A stretch of 64,000 bases of DNA, taken from Eledone cirrhosa. Taxonomy: Eukaryota. The stretch spans positions 86,118,001 to 86,182,000 of the forward strand of contig OZ024742.1 of the NCBI GenBank assembly GCA_964016885.1, read 5' to 3'. Positions 16,118 through 30,600 of this stretch are shown piece by piece. The translations under genes and the position numbers were made by a program. Each line of letters begins with the position of its first letter. Within the stretch, counting starts at the first letter, position 1. Below the pieces are notes generated by a model, which saw only the letters and a program-made list of their open reading frames with translations, was not told the DNA's origin and did no database searches.

Positions 16118-16224
16118 TATAACATGTGATTGTAAGTTCGTTATTTACATCAACGTTTCACTCAAGATTAGCAGTTTGAAATTGTCGGAGTTGTCGATTC
16201 ACATACGACGTACCACACATCTTG

Positions 16225-16311
<87 letters not shown>

Positions 16312-16430
16312 TAATATTCGTAAAATGTAAGTATTCTAAGCGCGGAAGTTAGCCGTTAACAACTGTATACTATTTGCATATAAAGTTTCTGGGGGTAATT
16401 AAGACATAACCACATATCGAATGGAGAGTA

Positions 16431-16467
<37 letters not shown>

Positions 16468-17840
16468 TAGAGAGAAATGAGAAAAAATGGGGTTATAGGG
16501 TGAAAGGGGTGGAGGCGAGGTGAGAAAGAAATGTTGACTAGAACGATGGAGAGATGGAGAGAAAAATGGAATGAAAGATTAATAAGAATACGGTACTTGG
16601 AGTTATTTGGTTCGTCAGCCCCCTATCAATTTGTTTAATAAGGTTTTTGATATGAAATCGTGTCACAGGTGATGTCACAGTGGTGTTTTAAAAGAATTTG
16701 ATAGACATTATATATATAGATATATATTTATATTCATATTTATAGCCAATGGAGGATAAACATTGATTGCCCGCTAAATTAATTATAGGCCTATAAAATA
16801 TACAGAATCGAAAATCAATCCAAACTAAATAGTGAGTGCGCTTTATTATTATTTCCGGCAATATGTACTGGTACTAGGCATGTTTATGTGAGTGAATGTA
16901 AGTTTGAATGTGTATTCTATATATGTAAATTGATTTAATTTCACGTTTGTGTAAAATATCTTCCAGTGTTAACGTATATCAGTGAGATTTGTAGATATGT
17001 ATGTGAGTGTATGATTCATTCTAACGTGTATATCTATATTGAGGTTTATAATATGAACGTGTACATTATCTAACTGCGATATGTATGTAAGCCTGTGTCC
17101 TTTAATGCGTATGTGTCATAGGAAAAAGAAGCATGTTTAGTGTGCAATAGAGAGTATACGACATAGTAGATTAAAGGAAGATGGGTGGTCCATTAATTTT
17201 AGGGGGAAGAAAAGTTATTGACAAGAAAATGAGTGGCTCTTCTATCCGCTAGCGCGCGTAAGAGAGTCCGGCACAATGTGCGAGCTGGAAGGCAGTGAGT
17301 TCGCGTCTGGAGAGGCCTGCGGATCGATAATGTCGAAAGATCGGAGTCGAGTTGCCTCCCTCGCTATCCCGAAGGTATTCAGGAAATATGTTGTTAATAG
17401 GGGTTACCTTTACAAAATACATTTATTGCATAATATATATTTCAAAGACATGGCTATTTAATGGTTATATCAGTGACAGTACCATGTCATCTGATGACCA
17501 TGTAATTGTGAGATGTAGTTATGCAAGTGTGCTGATATATCGCTGTTATCATCATATTTGCATAACTACTCGTCTTAAGTTTATTAGCATCTGGAGATTG
17601 TCGTTAATATAACCATTGCAATAACATATGTACGTAAAAGTAACCTTGTTTTAACAACATTTCATAAATTGAATCTCCGTAACAGGTAACCACCAACAAT
17701 TCACTGTGGTTACACTAATGTCGTGAAGTGCATATGGATTGCTTAAACCGGTTTATCCTCGCAGCGTTATAACATTACCGCCACGGATAAAGACCCTTAT
17801 TATCTGCTCTATATTCTCTCTCTCTCTATATATATATATT

Positions 17841-18043
17841 GGAATTTAGTCCTCGCTTGCTTTTTTTCCATCCACTGAATTATTTTTGTATAAGTTCCCT
17901 GTGTCCACGCATTGCCTGGGAACTTAGCTGAGAATTGACTTCCGATGACGAAAGGTATTCTCCATGTTGTTCCATTCGGAAACCATGTTTATTCCCTTTC
18001 AGAAACTAATTAGTTGGACTAAAATTTTAGTAAGTAAGTTAAT
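17841..18043 (+). mobile_element. HHR-bearing terminus family; diverged copy 37690-37893 (-)
   Basis: Consensus ACUUCC-CUGAYGA-C-GAAA(G/U)G..C(C/A)UUUC-A-GAAA-CUAAUUAG-UU|GGRAGU. The core is damaged differently in each copy. Confidence 0.75.
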
Positions 18044-18068
18044 TTTCATAATTTTCTTATTTTACGTC

Positions 18069-18109
<41 letters not shown>

Positions 18110-18111
<2 letters not shown>

Positions 18112-19160
18112 AAATGTAATCTGAGTTTTTCGAATATTAGTAAGAACATTCAATTCGTTTGCAATTATGCAAACAAGCCTCAATGTTATAGCCATGTTAG
18201 TAGAATGAACCCTTCATTCTTGCTCTTGTGTTGGCATGTGAACAGAACTGCAAACACTAATGTTTCTAGGTATCACCCGTCATCAGTACAGCTCACTGTT
18301 CACCTGCCAAACTGTCAGAGCCTGGGAAAATATATTCTATTTTCAAAAATAGACAGTGACTGATCAACCTGATTTGTATATTAGCAGACTGGCTGATCAG
18401 TCAAATCTGCATATTAGGATATCCACTGATCAGCCAGATTTGCATATCAACAGACTGGCCAGTCAGTTTCCTGTATACGAGCCATAAATGGCCGGCTTTG
18501 CCAAATTCAAATAAAAAATAAAATTTCGCTCTACATGGCTGAATACGATAAATGTAATGAGTTATTCGAATATTAATAATACCATTCAATTCGTTTGCAA
18601 TTGTGCAAACAAGCCTCAATTTTATAGCCATGTTAGTAGAATAAACCCTTCACTCAGCTCTTGTGTTGGCATGTGAACAGAACTGCAGGCATTAATGTTT
18701 CTGGGAATCAGCCTTCATCAGTAAGCTCACTGTTCACCTGCCAAACTGTCAGAGCTAATGAAAATATAAACTATTTTCAAAAATGGCCGGCTTTGAATTT
18801 GACAAAGCCGGCCATTTATCGCTAGTATACAGGAAACTGACTGGCCAGTCTGCTGATATGCAAATCTGGCTGATCAGTGGATCTGCTAATATGCAGATCG
18901 GACTTATCAGCCAGTCTAACAATATGCAAATCAGGCCGTTCAGTCACTGCGTATTTTTGAAAATAGCATATATTTTCACTAGCTCTGACAGTTTGGCTGC
19001 TTAACAGTGAGCTATACTGATGAAGGATTATACCCAGAAACATTAGTGTGTGCAGTTCTGTTCACATGCCAACACAAGAGCAAGAAGGATGGGTTTATTC
19101 TACTGACATGGCTATAGAATTGAGGCTTGTTTGCATAATTGCAAACGAATCAAATGTTAT
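18110..19160. mobile_element. ORF-less HHR element: ~435 bp unit x1.5 (18110-18783) then an inverted copy (18783-19160)
   Basis: Three HHR copies, internal ~29-bp subrepeats, and a perfect 15-bp-arm hairpin at the junction (18781-18817). Confidence 0.85.
18248..18291 (-). ncRNA. Type I hammerhead (canonical); degenerate copies 18683-18725 (-) and 19012-19055 (+)
   Basis: CUGUA-CUGAUGA-C-GGGU-gau-ACCU-A-GAAA-CAUUAGUG-UU|UGCAG. Confidence 0.85.
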
Positions 19161-19164
19161 TATT

Positions 19165-19860
19165 ATTAATTTCAGGTCATAACTTTTAAAGAATTCTATA
19201 ATTACTTTCGTTACTCTATTTAATTCGCTATTATTATGCCTAACTACAGTAACATATATGTCGTCTCTATATAAACCAGCGGTAATCTCCGGCAGTTTTC
19301 TATTTATCATATTGAGGATGAACATTCCCACAAGATCGGTAACTTGCGCCGAATCAGATGAGCCCATAGTAATGTGAAAGGTATTCTGCCTATCAGATCT
19401 CGTCCAAAATCATTATTAAAATAGATCAAGGTTCGCCTTGCCGTTAAAATAATATTAATCTCATCACTAGACAGATCCGTGTGTTTATATGCATATGAAA
19501 GCGCCTTATTTAGTAGTTAGGAGTTATTGAGGAATAACTCGCTATGTCAATTTGAATAAATTTATGATTTTTCTTATTTTCGATATTATTGAACCAACCT
19601 ATGACTTCACTAGTGCCCTTCAGTAAGTTAAGTAATTGACATCAATTTTAACATTGGCAAAATCCTATCTATTATGATTTTACTAATTATTCCAAGGTCG
19701 GATTTCGAAGGTGCAATGAGTCTAACAGGTAAGTTCTCTTCGAAATGTGTTTCATGGACTTTAAAATTCATCCGCGGTTGCCTCGGTATGAAAGGTTCTA
19801 TCTTCCGCTCTATTCCGAGATTGGTGATAATTTCAAATGCATCATTATTGATATCCAATA
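19165..19860 (-). pseudogene. PLE reverse transcriptase fragment
   Basis: PVRLIAPSKSDLGIISK, FIQIDI, ITMGSSDSAQVTDLVG, GLYRDD. Confidence 0.85.
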
Positions 19861-19869
19861 AAAAAAATT

Positions 19870-20330
19870 AAGAAATAACATTGAATTGAATTGTAACTGT
19901 AGAAGGAAATATGAATGCCCTTTACAAAATAATTGCCTTGACAAATATCTAGTGTATAAATGCACCATTAGGACAAATAATAATAATACTTATAACTACA
20001 TTGGTGCTCCTTCATCGAACTTCAAGTTTCGCTTGAAACATTCGTTTTCTAATCCAGATAAAAAAATGTTCCACATCACTATCACAATTAATATGGTGTT
20101 TCAAAGAGAAAAATATTAAATACTCAATTTCTTGGAGTAAATTAAAGAATTTTGGATTCCTACCGGAACGCTTCCATTTCATCAAATTACAACATTTGCA
20201 ATTTAGAGACTCTATTAATAATTACAAATTATAGTAATTTAATTAATAAGAAAAAATAATTATTTGGAAGCTGTTTACATAAGGTTGGAAGAACCTTTCA
20301 AGCCTTATACAAATTTCGAAAAAAACATTA
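19870..20330 (+). pseudogene. PLE (Naiad-like) GIY-YIG fragment
   Basis: NCNCRRKYECPLQNNCL..LVYKC..YIG..FKFR; frameshifted C-terminus. Confidence 0.85.
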
Positions 20331-21450
20331 ACTATTAATAATTCTTGAAATATTATTATATATATAATGTTTTGCCTTACCTTAAAAATTGTATATCGTT
20401 TTTATATAGTAACTTAATCTCATGATGAGTCTCGGTATCCTAAGTTTGGATTTAAAAAGGTCATTATTTAACTAGAAATTTCTGAATTTGTGGTTTGAAA
20501 TATCTTTTCTCTTTCAAAATACTTAAATATCTTAAATGTTCACATATGATGAACGAGTTACCCCCGTGTGTTTACATTCTTCGTAAATAATTTTGTTCTG
20601 TCCAAATTGCTTGCTAATGTATATTTAACATGATTTATACAGTTTAATAATATATGAAAAATCATTAAAGAGAAACTATATATAATAAGATGTAATTACT
20701 GAAGTAAAATCGAAATAATAATAGTTTTAAGACTAAATATAAGTACTAATTAATCCTGTAATTTAAATGACAACCAATGCATTGAAATGATTTTATAATG
20801 AAAATAGAATAATTCACATAATACTTCTTAATATAATATAAAATATATATACTGATGGTGATATATGCATGGGTTTTAATAAATATCCTTATACATATTT
20901 AATAGGTATTTAAACATGCTTTACATATAATAATGTTTTTGAATATTGTAACAAAATATTTAGTAAATATATTACTTAATTAAAATATGGTTCTGATTCC
21001 TATAGAAAATATTCTTATATTGTTTAATTTTTATATAATATATTAGTATAATTAGCTTAAAGATAACCAAATACAAAACAAATACAAACATTCATGTATT
21101 TAATTGGTAGCCTCTATTTGACTTAATATTTGAAAGCAAGGGTCACACATCATTTCTCTTTCTTTCTTTTTTGCCGATATTTCTTTCTTCTTCTCCCTTT
21201 TTCTTCTTTAATACGTCTATTTACGCATTTAAATATGTATGTATGTATTTATTTATTTTCTTCTTGCATTTCCTCATACTCACCCCCTCCTTATACCCAT
21301 ATCATGCTCCACATCTTCTTCTTCATTAAATCTAATTTTATCATGTTATTATTTGTGGTATAAATGTTGAGATTTGTTGTTATAAATCACTACCAATACT
21401 GGAATTGAACCATTAAGACCGTTGAGGTATATCATACATCAATTCATGTA

Positions 21451-21512
21451 GTTTATCTGACGAGGACGTACTGAAAAACAGCACAGTACCTTCGAAATAT
21501 ATATAATAAAAC
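21451..21512 (+). ncRNA. Type I hammerhead; relative at 39291-39355
   Basis: UUUAU-CUGACGA-GG(AC)GUACUG..CAGUACC-UUC-GAAA-UAUAUA-UA|AUAAA. Confidence 0.8.
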
Positions 21513-21553
21513 ATATTTTGATTATGAGAATGTCTTCATTTATTAATATTCTG

Positions 21554-21614
<61 letters not shown>

Positions 21615-24343
21615 TATATACATATTCATTATCTATGTATACGAAAATCTATATCTCACATATAGAATTTGGTACAGGTAATATGAGTTACGTTAGATGC
21701 ATAAGCGTATTCCTACTTAATTTTTCTTTCGTATCATAGAATCTTCTATTAGATTAATGTAAACTTAGATTTGATAATAATTGGATCTAAATTAAAGTTA
21801 TTTCTCAAAATAAATAACGACTCTAATCACCTATGCTCAAATCTGGAAAGACATGTCCTGCGCTTGTTTTACATTTTCAATGAAATTCTGTGTATCATTC
21901 TCCATCGACTCATCCGGATTTCAGAATCAAAATGTAAACTGAGTTTTTGTTCCGTTGAACATTATGAATTAGGATATGTATACAAGTATATTAGTTGATT
22001 TACTTCATTATATAACGAACATGTTTGTCTCAATGATACAAAACACATGGTAAGTAAGTTGGTGGTAAACAATGCATTGAACTAAATATATCCCCAGGCA
22101 TAATGTATTGATTAAATATATATAATGAAACACTGGCCTTCGACATATGAATATTCCGAAACAAAAGGCATTTGAGTTCATGAGAATATATCTATTGTGA
22201 TTAAAACTATGTTCATATTATGTGTGATTTTAAACAGTGTATATCATTTGTAACTTTGGAACATCACCAGATCTTAGTTTAATAGACATGGTTTTGAGTG
22301 ATGTAATCAGTTTGAACTTTTTCGTCTACAACGCCCAACAAATCATAGGACATTTGACCAAGGTGATGCATTTCATTTTTGAGAATATCCGGTGAATAAA
22401 GTTGTTCATTGACAAAAAGTAATGGATTGCTTACTTTTGTCAGTTGTTTTAATTTTTGATACTGTTGTTTTCGCCTACAGTGAAGGAAAACATATCTTCA
22501 AAATATTCACTGCATTTATTCCATTCCATCCTCATTATATTAAATTCTGTCCATGATTGAGATGATTTTAGGATCTCGTCTCTCCATGTTACAGTACATA
22601 TTAGATTTGTTCTAATTGGTATCATCCGCTCTCGGCATGGTTTTGAAGAGACCATGTGTTGTACTTTGAATGTAAGCAAGCGTTTTCTGAGTGCTGCGTT
22701 TGATTTTATTTTTGGAATATTGTTTGTTACATCGTCATTTCTCTTCGATGGAATCCTTTAATTCGCTGTCGGTTACTTGCTTTCAAGGAAATATCACGTG
22801 ATATAATTTGAATTAACGTTGTTGCAGATCAGGTAATCCATACCTATGTACAGTTTCAAAGTGAATGCTATATATCTTAAATGCCCCTTTGATAAGTATT
22901 CGATTGAATTTATAAAATGTTCGTCCCCTGTTTATGCCAATGCAATTTTGTGGTTGACACTGATTTCAAACATAGTTTAATATGTTAGGTTATGTGGTAG
23001 GTAAATAAATTCTGTTATTGCCTTATACTTTTTCTTTAAACGTATGTATGGCAAGAAAATTCCGGAAATATAAGTTAAAATCTCATTATTTTATAATTAG
23101 TATTCTGTTCAGAAGTAGCAACTTTAATACGGTAATATATAATATAGCTATTATTCATTCGTACGATAACGAATGTTATTTATCACACACATGTAGAGTG
23201 TAGACTTTTTGGATAATTAGATCGATTTGGATTTCCAAGATTATAATGGTGTGATAGAAGAATACATTGGCTATTAAAATAAAGATCCATAAGTACTTTG
23301 TTAGTACCAGCTCGATGGTTTTCCTAACAGCATACAACATTTTAGTAGAGCAGAAATTAAATCTAAGACGCTAATATATATGTCATATAATAGTGTGGTA
23401 ATATGATTGTATCTAGATACTAAATAGAAGTAGAGAATAAACAGAATTGAAAATAAATTGTATTATAATGATTCAGATCACCAAGAGAAACATACGCCAA
23501 AACAAAAAGAAGTTCACCATTGTAAAACCAAAGCAGATTACAAAAACAATGTATTTCAAAAGGGGGAAAATATCTGCCTAGAAAATAAGGAAGATAGAGA
23601 TTCTATTATAGATAAATGTTTCAGCGATTTCTTATTGGACTTCAACAGAAATCTAACGGGGCTTCATGGCGGCATGTTATAATGAGTGTGTGGGAATATA
23701 TCAGAGAACCCTGCTGCAAGTGATGGAATGTATTGACCGTCACTAATGTCTAACGAGAAGCCATTTATAGTAACTGATATATGTCATATAGTATTGCAGC
23801 TTTCAATGAGAAAATTGTGGGGTATCTTGGAACTCAAAAGCCACTATTCATATGTATTTTAAACAATACCTTTAAGAATGTCTTAGAAAATACATTAACT
23901 AGTTTGAATACTAGTTCAATAATGCTCTACAGTTTTATAGTGATATCCAAAAGGAATATAATTTCAAAATATATTAGAATCATTCTATTAGTGAATTGAT
24001 TCAACCTGCATGCAAGAGCGATTGTGATTGGATTAATCAACTCATGTTGTTTGTAATTTACATCACAAGGTCAAAAAATGGAAGAATTCCATTAACTCCA
24101 CAGAACAATCGACAGCAATCTTTATGCCTGAAAGTGGATTGTTTTAGACTAGTTTTGCAGGTAATCACTAAAGTAGGAAAGAATCATCGACATAATAACG
24201 GACAGAGTAATTCAGAATTTAGGTAACTTAATAATATATATATACATACAAATGCGCATACGGGTGGATGCCTATATTTATGTTTGTGCACACACACACA
24301 TACGCACACACACATACGCATACACACATACGCACACACTTAC

Positions 24344-24408
<65 letters not shown>

Positions 24409-24411
<3 letters not shown>

Positions 24412-26400
24412 TGTTATATTTTCGGAGGATGAAGCTGCCAATAAAAATCCACGAACCTATATTTTTTCACTTCAATTTATTATAACCGGATGGTTGTTCA
24501 GTTGTTGACCTCATTTGTGACCTCCTCACATATAGTATTTGTTTTGAATTTATGTCATTCCGACACCTTGTTTTTGTGACTTGCTCATGCAACATACAAC
24601 ACATACACACAGACAACGGTATTGTATGTGTGTATGTGTGTGTTTATTTATTTATTTATTTATCTTTTTTAGTACATTTATTTGCTTATATATTTTTACT
24701 TATATTATTTGTCACTAGTTCGTTACCTGTTCTATCTCTGTGTGTCTGGTGTGTTTCATTAGTTTATTTTTTGCGTCTCTGTATGTTTTTATATTGACAT
24801 TACTTGCTACATTATGCCGTAGAAGTTATTCCACTCACATTTTCTGTTTAGTTTTTGATGGAGGTCTTTTGTGTTTAACGCTTCTATAAACTGACGGAGG
24901 AGTGCGCTTTCCCGTGTGGATAAGATGTTTATCTCGATGCACACTAGTCTACCCCATGTACCATTTTGGAACTTTTTTGGATGGCTGATGAGATTTTCCT
25001 ATCATATTGTTTTCCTGAGTTTTCTTTTACACATTCTCCTATGCCACAGGCACTCTTGCCTACGCAAGTTGCATTGCTATTCCTAAAATGTCCCTGCTAT
25101 ATATTATGTCCTTGTGATGCAGTTAATTTGTGCCGCTAATCTGCAGACAATATATTTTACTTTAGTGTAGAGGTTTTCTGAAAAGGGTACGTTCTGCTAA
25201 TTACGGCTTTTGTTGGAATATGTACTTTATATAATAACTTATTATTTAGTTTTAATCAAAAATCATATGTGAGGGCATGGAAGACATCCTCACCAGAATC
25301 ACCGAATGGAATCTGGGTACCTGACAGGCTGTACAACAGGAAAAAGGGATGTAGAGTCCCTATACTCATCCATTGAGGTAGATTTTGCCGTGTAATAATG
25401 GAGATAATCAACCAGTGTGTAGTAGAATTCCGTGAGATAGACATCAGCGAGCTGGGACTCCTTAGATTTATGCGCGATTAGGAATAGGTAGAAACATTCA
25501 ATTTTAGCAACTTCTGTCTCACAATGCCAAGGAGCAACAGACCACCTACAATTCGTTCAATGACGAAGAGAACCCACACAGAAAGATGGAGCAGATGGAC
25601 CAGAGCCACACGGACACACGAAAGCCACGACCAAGAAAAGAATATTAACGCACATGCGGTGGTTGGCAGTAACATACTAACCCTTATGTAACATATGCTT
25701 AAGTTCAATGGAAAAACATATGCCTGAGAGAAGAGGGTGGACATTGGCGATGGCATTGCTGTTGATCTATCTTATCTCTTTATCGTGTGGTCGGAGAGGA
25801 ATATGTCCTCCCTCAACGTACATGACATAAAATTGTAGTTAAATCAAACACACAAGAAAACAGTCAGGAATTAGAAAAGAACACCATGGATATCGCCCAG
25901 CCAATAGATAACTCAATCCACCAGTTTTAACTTTATCGCAGAGTACCAAATTAAACACACCAACAATAGACTATCTGTTCTCAACAAAAAGTTCTGGTTA
26001 GTAACCAGCAGTAATAAAGCACATGTCCTTCATTGACATTATACCAAACATATGGCCTAGATGTAGATTGACCGAAACACAGCTATTTCGAATAACGTAG
26101 AAATCAAATAATTGCGAACTCATGGCGAATATGTTCAGCATTTGCGATTCTAAAGAATTAGAGATGCACATACAACACTTCTTACCTGAATGCATATCTA
26201 TGTCTATGAACAGAGAGACCCGATCATGGTGTATAAAGGAGCCGGGTCCAAATAAATGAAGATTGTAGAAAATGATGCCAATGTAACTTGGCCAATGCAT
26301 GGGAGCAAATCCTGGAATGCGATAGAGAAAACTAAGAAGCCGATTATAAACAACTCATGGTATGACTGCAACAATTATGTTAGTGCGATGTTCACCATTG
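24409..26400 (+). mobile_element. Highly decayed PLE (pLTR-like 24409-25250 followed by RT remnants)
   Basis: 25695-25800 reads MLKFNGKTYA*EKRVDIGDGIAVDLSYLFIVWSER, resembling PLE RT motif B'. Confidence 0.55.
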
Positions 26401-26845
26401 CAACCCCAGAGGCAGTCTAGCATACTGATTTAACTGGGCAATAGAAAATTATATTCAATATTGAAATACTAGTAAAATATGTTTTCCTATAAAAGCTTTA
26501 ATTAGTAGAAAGCATGCGTGTGATATTAGTCGCAGCATGGACCTTTCAAAATGATACACAAATTACGTATCAACACACGTTTTCAAGTAAGAAATATTGA
26601 AAAACAAATTGAAAAACGAATGACATATATGTATGTATCTATCTGTCTGGATAACCAAAGATGTGGGTTTGACTGCCATGTACGTCAATACTCATCTTGT
26701 TTCCAGTTTTCTGAGGGTTCTGAACCCCACTATCAGGCTAACATTTCTTTAGTAAAAAAAATACTGTGAAAGCTTCTATTTTCTAATGTCAAACATGCTC
26801 GCTGTTTCAAAACATACTTACTTGATATATATATATGTATATATA

Positions 26846-26963
<118 letters not shown>

Positions 26964-27057
26964 TAGTTAGATAAATAGATAGATAGATAGATAGATAGAA
27001 ACATACATACATTCATACATTCATACATTCATACATACATACATAAGTACATACATT

Positions 27058-27547
27058 TATGCAGAACTGATGAGAAATCTGCAGATACTCCACCCTAATT
27101 ACACCTTCAGATTTATTGGGGCTCTGGGGTATGCTAGTAACTGCCTCAATACAAATCTTGAGAACCTAGGCTTCACAGGAACAGAAAGAACACAACTAGT
27201 TAGGAAATTACAAGTACAATCCATTAATGGAACAGTAAAACTATGTAAAGCAGTCTAAACATGTTGCATCTAATAACTGCATGTATACACATGTACAGAT
27301 ACATTTTGCATCTAATAACTGCATATATTCAAATGTACAGATAAAAATCATATACACATGAACACATACAACTCAAAACATCCACATCCACAAATACAAT
27401 AACATCCAGATCTACACATGCATGCATGAATGCATACATAATCTACCTAGTTGATGTGTAAATTCCAATGAGAGAGTCTTGTGTCTAAGTTAGAAACCCA
27501 CTCTCTGTCTATTGGTAAAAATTGTGAAGTTATAAAACCATAAGAAC
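27058..27547 (+). mobile_element. 3' end of an R4/Dong-like element in (ACAT)n
   Basis: LMRNLQILHPNYTF..IGALGY..LENLGF..LQVQSINGTVKLCK is homologous to the C-terminus at 31570-31790. ACAT repeats on both sides. Confidence 0.8.
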
Positions 27548-27685
27548 ATACATACATACATACATACATACATACATACATACATACATACATACATACA
27601 CACACACATACATACATACATACATACATACATACATACATACATACATACATACATACATACATACATACATACATACATACAT

Positions 27686-30600
27686 AAATGGCGACCGTTG
27701 TGGTCAGTGTCCGATAATTGGACGTGTGTAATTACGGCTTACATGAAGGCAACATACCATATATTGAAAAAAGTTGAGCTACATTACGCGGTAAGATTAC
27801 ATACAATAATTCTACATAAGTGTTTGGACTGTGTGTTGTAAAACACCTATTTATATGAACGATACATACACTTATGATATATGAACGATACATACACTTT
27901 AACATATAAATGCAACGTTGTTATATTACATTTATAAAGAAATATACAAGTAACGTTTTCGATTCAGAAACAAAAATATAAGTGTTTGAACTGTGAATAT
28001 GTTGTGAATAAGTTGTAGAACACCTATTTACATGAATGATACATAAACTTTAACATATAAATACAGCGTTGTTATATTATATTACATTCATAAAGGAATA
28101 TACTAAGTAACGGTTCTTTTTGTTCTCGATTCAAACGATTCAAGAACAACGTTTAAAACACAGTTGTAGAATTAAAAACTAATTGAAAAGAAATATTACC
28201 TAAGCTGTGAATAACTTTAAATTTGATTCTGACAGAACTTTGTCGTAACTTTTAAAGAAGATCATCGACTATTTTGAAGACGAACTCATCATGGCAAAAA
28301 GTACAAGTCTCCTTCGACCAAATCGCAACTACAATCGTTGTACACAGTAGAGCTACGAGGTTAACAAAGTATTATATGAAGCATACAAACAATCTGAACC
28401 CCAAAAGTTCGGTTTTATCCAAAGGCTAAACACTTTATGGAACTCCAAACACCCAGAATTAGACTAAAGCATCTAAATGAACAGGCAAAACGTATCATTA
28501 GATGTAAATTGATACATCTAACGGAATTGAGTGATACTACAAATACAGCCCTTGTAGACAACCACCCCACCTCCACTGACAGACAAAGAGAATGGCCAGC
28601 TAAATCTAACAGTGAACAGCTCACCAACAATTTTGCTGAAACCCATCCCACTTCCACTGAAGAACAGCGAGAATGGTCAGCTAACTCTAGTAGTAATTGT
28701 CACCACATCAACAACGAGGCTGAAATTCATGACTCTACTGAACAAACAGAGCACCAAAAACTTGTGGGCACCCTACAAGTGATATGGAACGATATGTTTC
28801 AAGAGATACACAGCCTTAATGTGAGTGACAGACCATATAACACTAGAGTCAGTAAAGAACCCACTAAATTGGAATTGGAAGCGGTGAACGAAATAGCTGG
28901 CAATTATCTGAAGGCTATACGATCTAAAGGTGTAGAAACGACATTTGAAACGTTTAATGTTTTGTTATATGTTTCAGCTGTCACATTGCTATCATATAAC
29001 ACACATCTAAAACCACGCAATCAAGATACAAACAGAAAGCCTGAACCAGCGTGGATGCGAAATTTAAAAACCAAAATTGTGTCCCTGAGACGAGGTATCT
29101 CACACATCGCAGTCGTTATGAAATGCAACATAGAGAGCAACTTCCCACGACACCAGGAAGACCTAAAGAAAAAGCTAGAGAGACGATTTGGAGATACAAA
29201 ATTTAAAACTTTGAACTCCAAATTACACCAGTTGAAACAACAACTCACAGCTACAACAGAAAGACTAAAATATAAGTCAACAGCACATAAACGACAAGTG
29301 CTAAATAGATTGTTTGCCAGAGATCCTAAATCAGTTTATCGCAGCTTAGGTGGCAAAAGCTCAATCCCTGTAAACGACACCCCTTCAAAAGAACAGGTTG
29401 AGAGCTACTGGAGATCTGTATGGGAAACGGATGACGGATTCAACAGACAAGCTAATTGGCTAAAATAACTGGAACAGGACTACTGCCAACATGTCCAGAC
29501 AAAACAATATGACATAGATGGATCAATACTGGAAACAGCTCTACAGAAAATGTCGAATAGGAAATCGTCAGGCCCAGAGATCATTACAGGATACTGGTTG
29601 AAGAATTTCACTTTCTATCAGCAAGATCTCATACGGCTGTTTACAGAAACCATTAAGGGCACACAGGAACTGCCCAGATGGTTATCAACTGCCACTACTC
29701 TCCTCATTCCCAAAAATAGCCAAACCACCCTTGCTGAAAATTACCGTCCAATTGCCTGCCAAAACATCATGTATAAATGATATACTGGGTGCCTTAACCT
29801 GTTCTTACAGGATCACTGTGCTACCAACAACATCATAACACCTGAGCAAGCTGGTGGAAAGAGGGAGGTGTGGGGTTGCATAGATCACCTACTAACTAAC
29901 GAAATGATTCAGGAAAAAACAACAAAGAATCGCAGAAACATGACTGTCGTGTGGCTGGACTATCAAAAAGCATTCGATAGTGTACCTCATGGGTGGATTA
30001 TTAAGGCTTTACAGTTAGCTAAAATCCCACAACCATTGGTAGCTGGTGTTGAACGCCTGACCAAGAACTGGTACACCAATTTGATCCTTAGAGGTGAGAA
30101 GGAGCAGGTTAAGACTGATAAGATACATTACCAGAAGGGCATCTTTCAGGGTGATAGCTTGTCAGTGCTACTCTTCGTTCTCTCACTGAATCCACTATCT
30201 TACCTACTCAGGAAACAAGGTGGACAAAGAAGTGGGCCCAGAAGTATCTCCCATCTTTTCTTTGTTGATGACCTGAAGTTGTATGGGCCAAATATCAATG
30301 ATATCAAGAAACAATTGGACCTCATTACACAATTTTCAACCGACATCAAAATGAAATTTGGTGAGTCCAAGTGTGCATATTTGGCAGTAAAACGTGGAAG
30401 AGCTGTGCCCTCCTCTAGAAATCTAGAGATGAACGGCTGACAATACAACCTCTACAGTCAGGTGACAACTACAGATATCTTGGATAGGATGAGAATGTCA
30501 GATATGATGGACCCATAAATAAGGAGAGAACCAGAACTGAATACCTCAGAAGAGTAAAGAAAATATGGTCATCAGAACTGTCAGCATACAACAAATACAT

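Noticed and set aside
18350-18470. ~29-bp repeats as a CRISPR-like array
   Set aside because: Contiguous degenerate subrepeats without spacers, in eukaryotic TE DNA.
20418-20490. AUGAUGA..GAAA downstream of the GIY-YIG fragment
   Set aside because: Expected position for a HHR, but the stems do not pair convincingly.
24985-25190. CUGAUGA in the pLTR-like region (CAGAUGA at 10182)
   Set aside because: No matching GAAA-stem III-UH-stem I found.
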